A stretch of DNA of 64,000 nucleotides, from positions 18,706 to 82,705 of the forward strand of contig ADNK01001382.1 of assembly GCA_000320545.1 (NCBI GenBank), read 5' to 3'. Both the position numbers and the translations under genes were made by a program. Source of the DNA: Bigelowiella natans CCMP2755 (taxonomy: Eukaryota; Protista; Cercozoa). The first letter of the stretch is position 1. Each line of letters starts with the position of its first letter. Shown in pieces: positions 24,669 through 38,762 of this stretch. The notes under the pieces are model-generated. The model did not search any database. It was given only the letters and a program-made list of their open reading frames with translations, and was not told the DNA's origin.

Positions 24669-27547
24669 ATCTGTGTGTATGCGTGTGCGTCAGGTTTTTG
24701 AGGGCTTTAAACGCTTTCCGTGGTCTCGATGTAAACGCTGGCGCCCAGAAAAGTCTTATGAACCTGCGGATTTGGTGTTCTTCCCTGCTGACAGCAAGTA
24801 CAGAGAATTTAATGCTATCCAGTCAATCATCGTCGTTCGTGCTGATTTGCTCTGTCTTGACCCTTTAGCCGATTTCTTCATCTCATGTATTGTTATCATC
24901 GCCTTTAGGTTCCGATCGAGTGATAAGAAAGTGCACAGTACGATTATGGAACTGCGTAACAAGGTGATGGAAACTCTGAAGAACAATCCAAAGGTAAAGG
25001 AGATGAATATTCATTTATATTTGGTAAACTACGCCACAATTATACTGATACGTGATGGTTCATTTTCGCACTTCCAACTCATCTGTGGGATGACACACTA
25101 GGCAAATGAGGAAGTACCATCCCAATGGACAAAAGTATGCGACGATCTGATTGCCACAGAACAGGCGATATTTACTTTGGAATCGATTGAAGAGATATGT
25201 TTTAAGCGTGGGATCGTTGATAAGGGAGAAGTGCGCTTGATGTTGCAAAAGTAAGTTGCGAAATGAAGAATAATAATTTCTCACTTTCCTCATAGCATCC
25301 GTGAAATCTCAAATTTCAGATTTCATGATCAAGGAGTAGCGATATATTTCGACGAAGATGGCCTGCGAGACGTGAGTATCAGTCCTATCGAATCTTCTCT
25401 GAAACTTACGTAAAAATCGCATGATGAATATGCTAATCGACAGCACATCGTAATGCGACCGCAACACCTCGTTGATCTGGTGAAGAAGCTGATATTTGAT
25501 CGGCGCTTGCACAAGAAATTATACAAGAATCAAGAGCTGTAATACATACATTATAAAATTCATATTTATTCGTTTTATTGCTCTGTGTCCAATGAGATTT
25601 CATCAGACAGTCTCCTCCAACATATTTAGGTTTGCTCAGCACGGAAAGCTTGTGGATGAGTAAGTGAAGCAATATCATGTTCAGCACATTTCATGGATTT
25701 AGAGCCCAAACATTGGGGAAGATACATATTCTGAAGTGCTAATTAAAATTGTTAGTCAAACTTGAATTGAGATGTGTGATATTCCTATAATGTAGATTTC
25801 TCGATATTGGAGTCATACACGATGTGGTGTTAAAACACCTAATGCTCACTGATGATGGTCCAAGAGTAGCCGAAAATAAGAGGCTATATGAGTTCAGCCG
25901 GAAGATATTACAGAAGTAGTGCATTGATTTATTTTCCAAATGTGAACGTGGAAAAAGAACTTGGATTGGGAATCACCAATGCTTATGTCATGTACGACGC
26001 TTGGTAAACAATATGGATTGACACTGTTATTTCTCTGTTCTTGGTGAAGAAAAACGAAAATATCGGTGTAGTTTCCATCAATCGCGAAGTATATGGTTCT
26101 CCCTTAATTGTTCGGCTATCTTCGTCTCCTTTGCATCTCCAAATAGGTTCATGATATTATGCAAGATCGGTGGAACGGAAAAGTATTTGGTGCCTTCGAT
26201 GATGCAAGCCAAGGGAGAAAGCATGGATCGAAAGGAGCACACAGTTGTTGGAAAGTTTTCCTTACTCTTCAAACGCCTTCGGCCGCGGTCTTATTTTGAG
26301 ACATTTTCCGGGAACATAGGTATTGGTGAATTATTATGCCAATTACCATAGTTTAAAATCAATCTCTAGCAGAGAAGAGTGTTCTTCATAATTTTCGGGT
26401 CACATATTAAATTTCTATATCTTCAATGTCCAGTAATGTTTACAATTCTCTCTCTCTCCCTCCCCATCTGTATATTTGTTTATGCGGTATGTGCTCGACT
26501 CAGTCACGGAGCTCTCGTCTGAAAGCAAACGCACAAAAGAACTTCGGGGAGGTAATCAAAAGTGTGTGGAGGAGAGTGAAAAGTAGTAATCACAAGCTTC
26601 TCACATTCCCAATTTCTCGTACGATTGTTTTTTATGTTTAGGAGCTACAAGCCCAATGATCTTAGAGGAACAGGTAGAATTCGGCAGTTTCTACTCTCGA
26701 CATGTTTTACATATGCAAGGATTTTGTGGTCACTCTGAACTTATCTCTCTCCTTTGTTTACATCAGATTTTTGGCAAAGGAAAAGCGGAAATATATCTTG
26801 AACCCTTGCGTTTCCGGATTAGTACCTCAATGCTAGAAAGAAACAAAAGGTCTTGAAATAGCCTAACACTTCCACAATCGCAACCTCACGAGAATATAAT
26901 GTACGACATATGTTATTAGTGGGAGGAAAAGGCATATAATGGCAATAAATGTCGAAGTTCTGTCGGAAATTGGACACTGCGCAAGGTACTCACTGACGTC
27001 ATATTTGTGCTATATGCGAGTGCGAAACCAAGCTTGTAAGGTGGAACAATGAATGTCACAGCAAATGTTTTTTGAGCAGGATATTACAGTTCATTCTGAA
27101 GATCGCCAGAAATGTCCTGAAGTGGCCTTACAAAAACAATGAAGCTTTGGATTTCAGCGTTCTTCTTTTCGATCGGTATGTATGTTTATAGCGACTTGAT
27201 AAATAATAGCACCCTCTGTGGCGATAGTAGTAACGGTACTTACTATTGTAATAAGGTCACAGATGCCTACTATATCATCATTCGTTTTGTCTACTTTGAC
27301 AAAGAGGTTGATTTCTATGCATACGCAGTGAGATGACGTATCCTGTGAAGTACTACAAATGGGAAAGTGCTTGTATGAGCCAGGAAACAAAACTCGTCTC
27401 CGAGAGATCCTCCGAAACAGCCTCAGAAATGGTCGAAATAGCCCGTTTCCGACATTGGGAGCAATTCTACGACCTCTTCTTAGAAAACTCAACGCTTCGG
27501 TCAACTTTTAATGAATGAAGTAGATTATATATGCATGTAAATCATGA

Positions 27548-27589
<42 letters not shown>

Positions 27590-27879
27590 AAGATCGAACA
27601 ACAGAGAGATTGCAACGATTCTACGTTGAATAACACAGTTCCTTTGCCGCCACCATGACGAGTTCCTTGTTTTCGGTTGCAGTTATGTATTCACCTTGTT
27701 TTGTGAATCCTCATCGCGAGACTCTGGTAACAACAATCACAAGAATTTCATCAAGTTGACGATCGTAATAGAGATCTTCAAGGTGCACGAACACATGATG
27801 CACATTATGTGCATCAAGGGAGAGTTTACAAGCATGTGCAAGTAGCGTGTGAGAGAAAAAGTGATAACACGTTCATACC

Positions 27880-27950
<71 letters not shown>

Positions 27951-28508
27951 GGGGGGGGGGGTTAAGGAAGAGAAGGAAAGAAGACAGGAGAGGACGAGAA
28001 ATATAGATTCTGCATTTTGCAGCGATTATATCCTATGGAAAGCGCTCGGTGCACAGGCAATCGTATGAAGAGTCTAAATCCTTCACTTATTACGAAGGGA
28101 GGAATCAATTTTGAAGAGTAAGTACAAATTTTCATTTAAGCTCTATCATATATGTTGTATGCGCACACATTCTCTACCAATATTCAAGTTGATCAAGTCA
28201 TATGTTCACCTTACTTAATCGGTTATTCTGTTATTTTTCCGTCCCCCCCAAACCCCAACACACAGATTCATTGAGTTAATGTGGGTTGAGCGGGAACCTC
28301 GTCTCCGAAACGCTGTAAACGCTGATGATTTTGATGACAAATTAGAAGCTTGGGTGAAACCGCTCACAAACATTAAGGTGTTGTGTGCTTGAATGGAGCA
28401 TGCATAGTACTTTCAGTGTAGGCAAAATAAATGACACACACACACACACACACAAGCCCGCACGCTCATAGAGAGGGGGGGAAGAGTGGCCGGCCAGTAA
28501 ACCACTTT

Positions 28509-28552
<44 letters not shown>

Positions 28553-30565
28553 TGTCTTTTCCATGTTTGACCTAGTAACGACTCCAAATTCATCTCTAAA
28601 CTTCGTTAGGACAATAATGTTGAAGTACCTGCCCACCTGGCATTTGTATTTTCTCTCCCTTTGGACAAGCCAAGTTCTATCTTGGATCTAGAGAAAGATG
28701 ATTTAATGTTGCATGATATGATCAAAGACAATGATTGTAAAGCTGGTGCTGTCATCGATCACTGTAAGCTTCACAAATCCAGATGGAGAGCTACTAAAGA
28801 AAATCTCTCTAGAGCTTTGCGGTCAAACTGTTTTGCATTGCTGGTGGGTTGCCATTGCACCAGGGAACACGGACTCGAGTTTGAACACGATAATCCCGGA
28901 GGAAAGGCAGTTTATGTAAGTCCTGATGAGTTTTCCCAATTGGTAATGGAGACGAAAGAAACGCCGAAGATGTGCTCTTTGAAAATATTGATGCTGGCTG
29001 CATGCCAGAGTAGAGATGTAGCTAAATCATTTGTTGATTCAAAAGCAGTCGATCATGTAATAGCATGCAGAATAAATGATTTATTGGGCAACAAAGTTGT
29101 GCGGATATTCCAGACGGTCTTTTTTGAGAAGTTGTTATGCGGGGCTACGGTCTCAACCGCATTTCAAGCTGCCAAGAATAAGCTAAAACATATGGCCGAT
29201 ACGTATAAAAAAGAGGCTGAGAGACTTGAGAAACTCATCAAGAATCCCAAAACATTTGACAATAAGCATGATGAATACGCAAGTCGTGCAAAGAGATTGA
29301 CTAGAAAGGAAAAAATGCTTAACGAGGAGGTCCAAAAGTACCTCTTGCTGCCTGCAGACGGGAACCATGACGTTTCATTCTCATTTAGACCATATTTCCC
29401 TCCCACCACAACACTCAAGACGTGGATCCCTGCTCACCCAAACAAATTCTATCTAGCTCCGTTCTGCAAGCAACTGAAATGGGCGAATGATCACTATTTG
29501 CAGCTTCGGAGGAACCTATACGCAGCTATGCAACATGACCATGAAACTTCAATGCGTCACCGCTGGGTGCAAATCACAGGGCCAAAAAGGATAGGAAAGA
29601 CCTCGGTAGCAAGGTACATTGCCTGGCGTCTAAGTCTCTACGACAAGGAAGGACCTGACGGCATCTTTTGGGTAGAGTCATCATATTCTCTTTCATTCTC
29701 TTTCATGAACAGAATTGGTAATAATCATAATAACTATTTTTCCTGTATGGATCAAAAATTCAGGTTGCGGGGGGAAAGAGTCATGACGAAGTGATGCTAA
29801 ATTTCATCAAGCGTTTTCCCAAAACCGTATTGTCGCGCACGGAAAAGAGTGAAAAACATGATCCTTGTGGATTGATGAAGGAGTTCTTCGCGGAAAGAGA
29901 AAATCCTCCCACGCTACTGGTTTACCATTTTGCTTCTACTTCCCAGATTTGAGTCATTCTAAATTTAAACCAATTTTTTCACCCAGATAATCGATGATGC
30001 AGATGATATAAAAGCAGAGGATCGCGTGAAGCTCTTTGAGAATCTCATGAACCTGAACCCAAGACTGCACATCCTCACGACATCATTGAGTCCAATCCAA
30101 GTCAGGGGCTTCGACTCCAATGTATGGATTCATTGCTTTCCGTGCATATGCATGTGGTTCGCCCTCAATTTTTGTTTAGAAATCAATTTGCTTTTGAACA
30201 GAAAGCAGATCTGAAGTTGGAAGTGCCTAGGATCATGTTCCGGAAATTTTTCCAAAAGCGAGCTGATGAGTTTCAAGATTACAAATTTCAGACCCTAGTC
30301 AAAAATAAAATGAAGCCGTATCATTTTTCTACACTGTGGGGTAGGTGCCTGACCGATGCATCGTGTAACATTTTCTTTATTTCCCATCATTTTTGTTAAT
30401 TGGTAATTTGGTGTATTAGATTCAGAGGTGTTTAAGGATGTTCATCGGAATCCCCGAACTGCAATCCTTCTCGTAGAGAAAATCCACGAAATGGGGGTAA
30501 AAGAGATCAAGAAGTCCTTTCTAGTCGATGCCTTTAACAAGTTGGTTGAAGAGAAAGCTCTTTGA
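19768..30565 (+). CDS. Ankyrin-repeat ROCO (Roc-COR) protein fused to an EF-hand-like motif, a CHAT caspase-like protease and a STAND (NB-ARC-like) NTPase; NLR-like receptor, multi-exon
   Basis: Exon 1 (19768-19879) MGGGLSKEVWEAVEKNDL (MGxxxS myristoylation motif). Ankyrin exons 20326-20424, 20771-20869, 21301-21399, 21833-21931 and cap 22414-22483. Roc G1 VMIVGKEHTGKTT (22836), G3 VWDFAGQEVFYTSHVMFL, G4 IILVGTKID. COR VPSQW...MLQKFHDQGVAIYF...IVMRPQHLVD...YLVPSMM. GGINFEEFIELM. CHAT 28610-29180. Walker A GPKRIGKT (29579), Walker B LLIIDDAD. Stop at 30563-30565. Could be two genes split at ~27518/27655. Confidence 0.8.
20130..22175 (+). repeat. Tandem array of ~530-bp exon+intron cassettes, each carrying one 99-nt ankyrin exon
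   Basis: Exon starts at 20326, 20771, 21301 and 21833 (spacings 445, 530, 532). Introns are near-identical between units; the first lacks ~85 bp including the (gag)n tract. Confidence 0.95.
24047..24128. repeat. Intronic polypurine (GAGAGAAA)n-type tract, one example of the many intronic microsatellites (GA, CA, TA, TAG, GAT, GAG, CAG)
   Basis: agagggagaaagagagaaagagagagaaagagagaaagag... inside a ROCO-gene intron. Confidence 0.8.
28610..29180 (+). other. CHAT (caspase/separase-clan CD) domain
   Basis: AFVFSLPL..ILDLEKD...RATKENLSRAL...LLVGCHC (His 28853)...GLEFE...LKILMLAACQS (Cys 29003)...VDHVIAC...FQTVFFEKLLCGATVSTAFQAAK, followed by KYLLLPADGNH. Confidence 0.8.
29560..30565 (+). other. 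STAND / NB-ARC-like P-loop NTPase domain with no C-terminal repeats
   Basis: WVQITGPKRIGKTSVARYIA...DGIFWV, PTLLIIDDAD, LHILTTS (sensor 1), HRNPRTAILL (GxP-equivalent); the protein ends shortly after. Confidence 0.8.
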
Positions 30566-31100
30566 AACTGTTAGTCACATTGCCGCAAGTTCATTTCCCA
30601 GAAATTATTCAACATTTATACTTGACGTTTGAAACAGCACATCCATTGCATTTTTTTTGTCTTCCACATGTGGCTAGATGGCTCGACTTGTCCAGCATGG
30701 CAGGGACACAACATGAAAACATTGCGCGTGCAAAACAAAAAACGCGTGTAGGATACGCGCATGAGCATGCAAAATGTGAAAGGTTCAATTGCGAGATTTT
30801 GTGCAGTAAGCAAATTGACGATGCCAACATCATGTCTGATCTCCACACGTAATCGTCCTAGCGTGCTAGCTAGCTAGCGTGGTGCAGTGCGGCGTACACT
30901 ATTTTTGTACACCACCACATCCAGACATATGCATACTTGACTATACATGTTCTGCGATAACAAACTGCACACAAAATCATTTTCACGCACATCTAGATAA
31001 TAGACACAGTGACACTGTACATCTGGATACATACACAGCAAATATTGCTAGATAGATATAATAGTGTATTGCATGTCTATCATAGATAGATGGGTGGGTA

Positions 31101-31142
<42 letters not shown>

Positions 31143-31616
31143 GGCAGCAATATGTAATGTTCTGATGGTAATTCATGGCAATAAGCTAGATGGCGATTAC
31201 TCATATTGTTTACATGGGTTTAATGCTACATGAGAAGTCGCGTCAATAGCAGCCTTACTGGCATCAAAGAAGTGGCAGTAACGGTCGAAAGGGGGGGCAT
31301 TATTCATCTGTTCGTGTCTACGACGAGAAGATAAATCTTAAATCTTTGAAAGAAAAAAACAACGAACGTTGACAGATGGTGCTGCTGCGGAATGTAGATC
31401 TTCGCACCATTTTGTGGAGCTCCACCGCATAGTATAGCGATACATGCGAGAAGGAAATTAGCGTGCAGATCAACGCCATCTGTACTGCTACATCTGCTAT
31501 TACGATTCCTGTTTGGATCATCGTAGGCATGCAGAAACAAATAACGCACTCACCTCCTTTTTGGGACTATAATTGCCTTTATAATTCTTCGACTCATCAA
31601 TTGATTGATGCGCGCG

Positions 31617-31655
<39 letters not shown>

Positions 31656-31713
31656 ACACATTGTATATAACATTTTGTGTGATCCTCTCTGTTGTTGTAG
31701 AACATTTGCTCTT

Positions 31714-32690
31714 CTACTGGTCGACGCAATTCGTCTTACATTTGCGGCAACCTTGGTACCTGATGGATGTTGATTTATTGGTAGGATACATCATGCTGAA
31801 AACGGGTATTTGGCCATTAAAAACTGAGCCACGAGCTAATCACACGTTCACGCTACAAGCAAAGGGGGTATTCTACGCATAGACTTCCTCTACTTACTCA
31901 GAACTCGCTTTAAAATCGTCCATAATCTGCGCCTTCGTCTTCGCTCCGCTTGTGCAGCGACCCGTATGAGCAGCAATCCCCGCGCTGTCCCCAGTTCTAC
32001 AAAGAACTGTGCGGTATAGAAACCGAACATACCTGGTGGCAGACAATAATTTGAAAAATGGTGGAGGCGAGAGCAGAGATTTGTATTCGTAAAAGAATTG
32101 GATGATCAATGTTCTTCTTCCATCAATATTAGAAACGTTGATGGCTACTATGGGCTTGATTCCTATATTTTTAAAGGTGCTGCGGCGGCCAAAAACCGGA
32201 AACAGAAAAATATAAACAGCCCCGTTGTCCACTGCAATACCCCCACAACGTGAACGCATCCTCTCCCCACCTACCCCTCGCATGTCTGAGGCTCCGCCAT
32301 CTTGGGATTGAAGTGCGTTTTCGGGTGCACTGGGCCGCTGATGCTGTCTAGGAATACGCGGTGCGAGCCGCCGGTTTGGACATACTTGCGCATGCCCCCT
32401 GGCGTGATTGAATTCACTGTTGGGGTGGAGGTGTCAGAGTACCACGCGGCGTCCTCAAAGTCCTTTTGCCACACCCTGCCCGCGCTCTCGATTCGGTAGG
32501 TGTGGACGAACGAGGAGCGAAGAACGATGGTGATACGGTGGAAACGGTCTGTCTCAGGGACCCAGCCCATGTCTTGGTTATTGAAATGCGGCGGCAGCCT
32601 TGGCGCGCCCCTGCTGGCGGTGTTTGTGACTCCAGGATGGAAGACCACAGACAAAGTCTTCCCATTGGACCGAACACTGAGTAACAGCAC

Positions 32691-32729
<39 letters not shown>

Positions 32730-35700
32730 TAAGCCTTGCGTGCGAGCATGCTACAGGCTCTCTCAATTTGGTACTGTCGGCGTCATCATGAAAGAGAACA
32801 GGGAATACAGGAGGTTCGGCGAAGAACAACAAAGCAACGATCTGCGCAGAAATCATCGTTCAAGCGCCAGATGATCGAAGGACTACTGACGCGAAGTTTG
32901 TCGAGCTAGATCCCGGACTTGGAATATGCCATACCCCAGCCCTGACCGAGATGATGTAGTAGTTTCGCTGGCGTGTGTAGTCGGTCTTGTACATGCTCGA
33001 ATGTGGCCAGTATGCGAGATTGTGGTCGTTTTGGCACCAGAGACAACGGTAGATACAGTTCTTATTGCCTGCGGCGGTAGGGGGTTGATTGGGTGTCAGC
33101 ATGGGTGTGTGCGTACATTCCTAAAGATGACTACGATTCACATCATCCAAGCTTGTGAGATCGGGCAATCATCATAATCATCCATCTGGATCATCAACTC
33201 TGTCTCTCGCACTCACATAAATGCAGTCGGGCGGAGCTGGCGCAGGCTCTTCCACAAAACTCCATGTACCTACACATAGCCAGCAGCAATCGGTCCAAGT
33301 GAGTATGAGCATATGCGCACCCACATATGGCATTTATGTCTACATTTCACACGTTATTTTGACTGAATGTTTAAACTAGGAAGTGGTTGTGTAGTTGTCG
33401 TCATCGTTGCGTTCTTACTCGGCTCCACAGTCAGGTTGAGGGGAAACGCATTGCATGATATTGGACGGGCCGTGCGTAAAACCAACCGCCGACGGCGTCG
33501 GAAAGGGGGTGGGGGCGGCCGTCATCTTCTCGTACTTCAAGTTTCGCACCTGCACGAGTGCGGCTTCGTTGGTAGTACGCCTAGATGTGAAACAGGAATG
33601 TGAAGCGAATTCTACTACAATCGAAATAGCATCCGCGGCCACTTTCACCAGCGGCGGGCGTAGACATTGTCTTCTTTCCCCTCCTTTAGGCTCCCTCCTC
33701 TCCTTCCCCTTCCTCTTCGGAGACCCATCCCGCTACATGCTACTACCCGAACATGACGCGGGCTCCTTGCTTTCCGGGATAGGGGCTCGTGCTGAATTTT
33801 CCAGTTTGGCATGCAACTGCACCATTGTAGAACACGGTCTGCCCGTCCATCTCGGTAACGCGGATCTGTACGCTCTGCCAACTGTTTAGCGCAAGGTTCT
33901 GCGGAGGGTCGCATCCAGCGCTTTAGGCGGGGGTGGGGAAGGAGAAACCGCAGTTAAGATAACGACGAGAAGACTAGAAAGGTGGTGAGCTAGGGGACAT
34001 AATGAAACATAAGGAGCACGGGGAGTGGATGCAGATGCATGTACTATCTAGATTTATGTGTCGGCGCGGCACCACGTTGGCTCCATATTGCTATAACTAA
34101 CTATAAAAATACTGCAATTATTATTATTATTCAGAACACTTCCAACCGCTACAGCAGATGCACGCCGTAGGGAAAAAAGGCTTCCGCCATCACCACCACC
34201 TCCCCCACCATCCTCATCTCCCTCCCGCTAATATCTACTCCGGCTGCTTCGAACTACTTATAATCGCTGAGTGATCCAGTGCGAATGTGCAATTTTCTCG
34301 TGCCGGAGACGACGGTCACCAGCGGCAACCGCGCTCCGATCAAGCCCGTCCTCAGCGGGTCCTCGATGTTGATGATATCACGGTAGCCGCTGCCTGTTCC
34401 TGAGAACTTGACGTCGAAGCTGAGCTGGTAATCTCGGAAGGTGTTGAGGTAGCCGAGCACCTTCCCTTTCGCTGGGGAGGCAACTTGGCCGCCGAGCATG
34501 TCAGCCGGGTTCATCCAACCTACGGAGATGTGAAGGAGGGGGGGGGGCGAAGCTGAGGGGTGAAGGAGAAGTAGAAAGAGGGGGTGGAGTGACAGGAAGC
34601 TTCCATGCGTTTTCTCTGACGCCGACCCGAGATATGACGGCATTTCATCCTCCCCCTCCCCCCCTCCCCCTTTCCCTTCATATACTGACCGGCATCGACC
34701 CTGACGACGGCTACACGGTCGACATGTACGACTTTGGTGCTGCCAGAAGTGGCGGCGTTGATAAAACAGAGCTCGGTCGTGGGGGCTGAGGCCGAGAACT
34801 GCTTGGACATCGACGTCCAAAAGTCACGGTTTGGGACTGTCGCAGGGATGAGCCAGCCTCCATCGATCTTCACGCCGATCTTCTCGACGGCCGACGGATC
34901 TTGGCGCCGCGACATGAAGCTTACGTTGTATCTCGCCCCCCTCTGAGTTGAGACCGACTGGCAAACCGTCTTTTGTGCACCCTCAATCACAAGAGCTTGC
35001 TTCCCCGATCTGGACTCCTTCTGCTGGCCCGGATACTTAGAATTCGGCATCACGTACCTTCATATCAGCATTGGGGAAGAAGGACAAGAGAGAGTGGGCG
35101 TTGGACGACGACGACGACGATGACGATGTAGTGAACGATCATAGGTAATGCTTCATCTTAACAATCACTATACGCGCGCGCGCACGCGCGAAAACTCTCA
35201 CGTACTCAGACAAGTGTACACATGTTCCATATGATATGGTCATCATCCCTCTCGTTTGTGTGTTGATTCAGATAGACTGCACGATGTTCCTCCCTCTGTT
35301 GTTAGAAATAGAGGGGGAAATCCGAAAGACCCCCGACGGATTTTGTCCATTGGTATGGCACACAGCGGAGGGCAGATACTCGCATGCAAAAGAGGATGGA
35401 AACATTCGACCCCTCTCTTCTCTTCCTCCCCACCCCTTCCCATATCCCATTCCTCCATACACAATCGCTCCTCCTGAAGCTGAGGTCCATCCAGTCGGCG
35501 TCTTATAGCCCCATTGGCCTGTCTCTTGCGTCATATCGTTGTACTCGAAGTCGCCGTTGACAACCAAATTACCCTTTATTTTCATCGCTGGGGTGGCGAC
35601 AGGGTATGCTGTCTGAGGCCGGTGAGAGGGGTAGGGAGACGGGTATGGGGAGGGATATCGAGACGGAGCGGCGCTTGGATACCTGAAAGGAGGGGGAGGA

Positions 35701-36677
35701 GGAGGAGGAGGAGGAGGAGGAGGAGGAGGAGGGGGGGGACAAAATAATATACCACACAAGGACAGAATGAGAGGAGAAGCACTGCAGAATCCTTTCACGC
35801 ATTCCCCCTGCCTCTCCCACCCCCTATCTATCTCTGAACATCCCTTAAAAATATAACTCAGTAGCAAACAACCAGTATCATTATCCTCATCATCCACATC
35901 ATCATCATTATCATCATCATCATCATTATCTCCCACTTCGTGGGTGCCGGCGACGGAAACTTGGTTGGGTAGCCCGTGGGGTATCTCGTGGGCGCATCCG
36001 TAGGCTTGGGGGTGGGGAACTTGGAGGGTTGGTTCGTTGGGAATTTCGTCGGAATGGGGGTGGGGAACTTCGACGGCTGCGGTGTCGGATACTTGGTTGG
36101 GATTGGCGTTGGAAACCTACACGAAGGATGTCACGATAGCAGCAGCAGCAGTAGTCAGTCAGTCAGTCAGTCAGTCAGTCAGTCAGGCACAGCTTCAGTA
36201 CAGAATCATCACTTGCAGAGACATTGAAGAAGGAGTTGTTAGCTAGAAACGATGGGAGTCGTCGATGTGTGCAGCAGTAGAGTAGTAGTAGTTGTTGTAG
36301 TAGTTGTAGTAATAGTGGTGGTGCTAAAACTAGTAGCTTATAACGCAAATCGCCGTGTGCACGCATACACGACTACACACGGCCACCGCAAACGATTGCC
36401 ACGCAGAGCATCATTACTTCGTGGGCTGGCACGTTGGGAAAGGCGTTGGATATTTGGTGGGGTATCCGGTGGGGATGGGTGTAGGGAACTTGGTGGGAAC
36501 AGGAGTGGGGAATTTCGTCGGGACGTGTGTTGGAAACTTTGTTGGATATTTTGTCGGCAACGGGGTGGGGTAGCCAGATGGGTATCTGATGATGAGGGGT
36601 GACACACAAGAAGTCGATGATGACAGCAGCAGGGGAGATAAATACATTCCCTCGCCACCACAAGCACATTCAGCATT

Positions 36678-36712
<35 letters not shown>

Positions 36713-36838
36713 ATACACAGAGCGAGCTCTCAGAGGCAGGCGCAACAATATGATTTCGATACAACTACGCGTACACGTCAAATTTCAACCATTTCCAATC
36801 CAAAAAATAGCAACGCTGTGGTAGTTAGTGGTGAGAGG

Positions 36839-36870
<32 letters not shown>

Positions 36871-37166
36871 AGCATACCTTGTAGGGACTTTCGTAGGAGA
36901 TGGCGTGGGACATTCAAACGCCTCGTAGTACTGGTGAATCTGTGCCCACGTGACGACGACGAAGATAATGAGAATTATGTAGAAATTGATTCATATGATC
37001 GATCATTGGTTCATTTTTCAGCTGAAATAATGGGTGGCTTTCAATACTAACTCCATTATAACCCCCCCCCCCCCCCCCTCTCTCTCTCTCTCTATTCATA
37101 TATGAATGCAAAACGATAGCACAAATATCCGACGCAACGCATAGTCGGTAGATTTGTAACAGTATA

Positions 37167-37219
<53 letters not shown>

Positions 37220-37797
37220 TAATTTATTTATTTATATTGATGGTACACGCGAAAGATCCCCCCCGCCTCCCCCCCCAAATTTTGCTTAGAGTCTTGGTAA
37301 GTGTGAAGCTCTGCCGTCTATTATCATGACGATGCTTTACCCCTTCATCGCCGATGTACTTGCTCCAGACAACCGATTCGCTCATCCATCCGTTTATATT
37401 CCCTGCGATCATGGTCATTTAGCAACATCGTCGTCGCCACTACCACCACCGCCGCCGCCCCATCGGCGCAGCTTCGTATGTATGTCGATGTGCATGTTTG
37501 TGCGGAGGAGGGTGGAGGAAGAAGAAGGGTGCACGAGATGTGGATGTGTCTTATTTTGTTGCGGGTATAGTGTAGAGAGATCATGGAGAACGAAGTACAC
37601 GCACAAACACACGCACGCACACGCACGCACACACCGTGATTGCAACACTCCCGTTGTCCTGAGAGAAACAATCAACGACGAACAGGGAATAAATTAGAAG
37701 AAGAGGAGTCGCTAGCACACTTAACAAAGACGTACCGAATGAGAATCGATCGCTATCACTCGACATTGGGTAGCCTCTGCGGTGTAATATAAATATT

Positions 37798-37836
<39 letters not shown>

Positions 37837-38730
37837 TGTAATATCTCAACCCATAAAGTACACGTGCGCTCGCACGTGTTCATATGCACACGGAGAGTGT
37901 GAAAAATCGCTTCCCCCTCGACGGTGGTAATCATGGCACAAACAGCGGCCCTCTTCACATCCACAATGCCCACCACGAACGCAGCATGCTTATTCTTTAC
38001 ATTCAGCGATGTGCAGATCTTACCGATTGTCAGTCACGGTGTTCATCCTTCTCCCGTTGATATACAGCATTGACGACTAAGAAGGTTAGCAGTAGCACAA
38101 CAGGTTGGCAAACGAGGAGTCGGCCTTTTCTACTTCCAAAATCTCTCCTCGCGCGAGCCCGCATGCGCCACATCGACCTCATCATCACACGTTCAGCCTG
38201 AAATGCTACTCTATTTAATTGCCCTTTAATCTCCCACCTTCCCCCCCCCCCCCCTTTGTTGCACACCCCAGAGCTAGTCGAGTAAGCGCCGCAGAGGTGG
38301 TTCCTGAGGACAAAGTATCATCATTCTCGCTGCCGGGGAAGCAGACAGGTTTGCACGATACGATTTCCATCTTCCCTACCAATGAGCCTGTTTCGTGATT
38401 AAGCGAAACTCATGCTCGCTCACTACTGCCAGTAGGAACGAGATGTGGAGAGAGAGTGTGTGTGTGTTGGGAGTTGTTTGTTGCTGTTTTCTCCTAACCA
38501 TTTGTTCGGGTATTGGACAGCGGCGCAGGAGCCATACTGCCAGCCCTTCGAAATACGATGGGGAATGAAGCACATCTGAGGCATAGAAGGGGGGGAGGAG
38601 AATTAGACAGAGCTGCATAGTATAGTACCCTATCTTCTGTGATAGGTGACGATACTACTAAATAGAATGTCACCACGTCTGCGTGAGAATATAGTTGTCT
38701 TCGTCTCTTCTACCTCCCCCCCCCCCTCCC

Positions 38731-38762
<32 letters not shown>

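Noticed and set aside
27646-27657. Perfect vertebrate Kozak gccgccaccATG
   Set aside because: Probably chance inside an internal exon. It sits only ~130 bp after the alternative stop and behind an intron-like (TA)n tract. Kept only as the alternative two-gene model.
31260-31560. Coding-looking stretch in the convergent spacer
   Set aside because: Short, interrupted by stops, with no recognisable motif or convincing splice context
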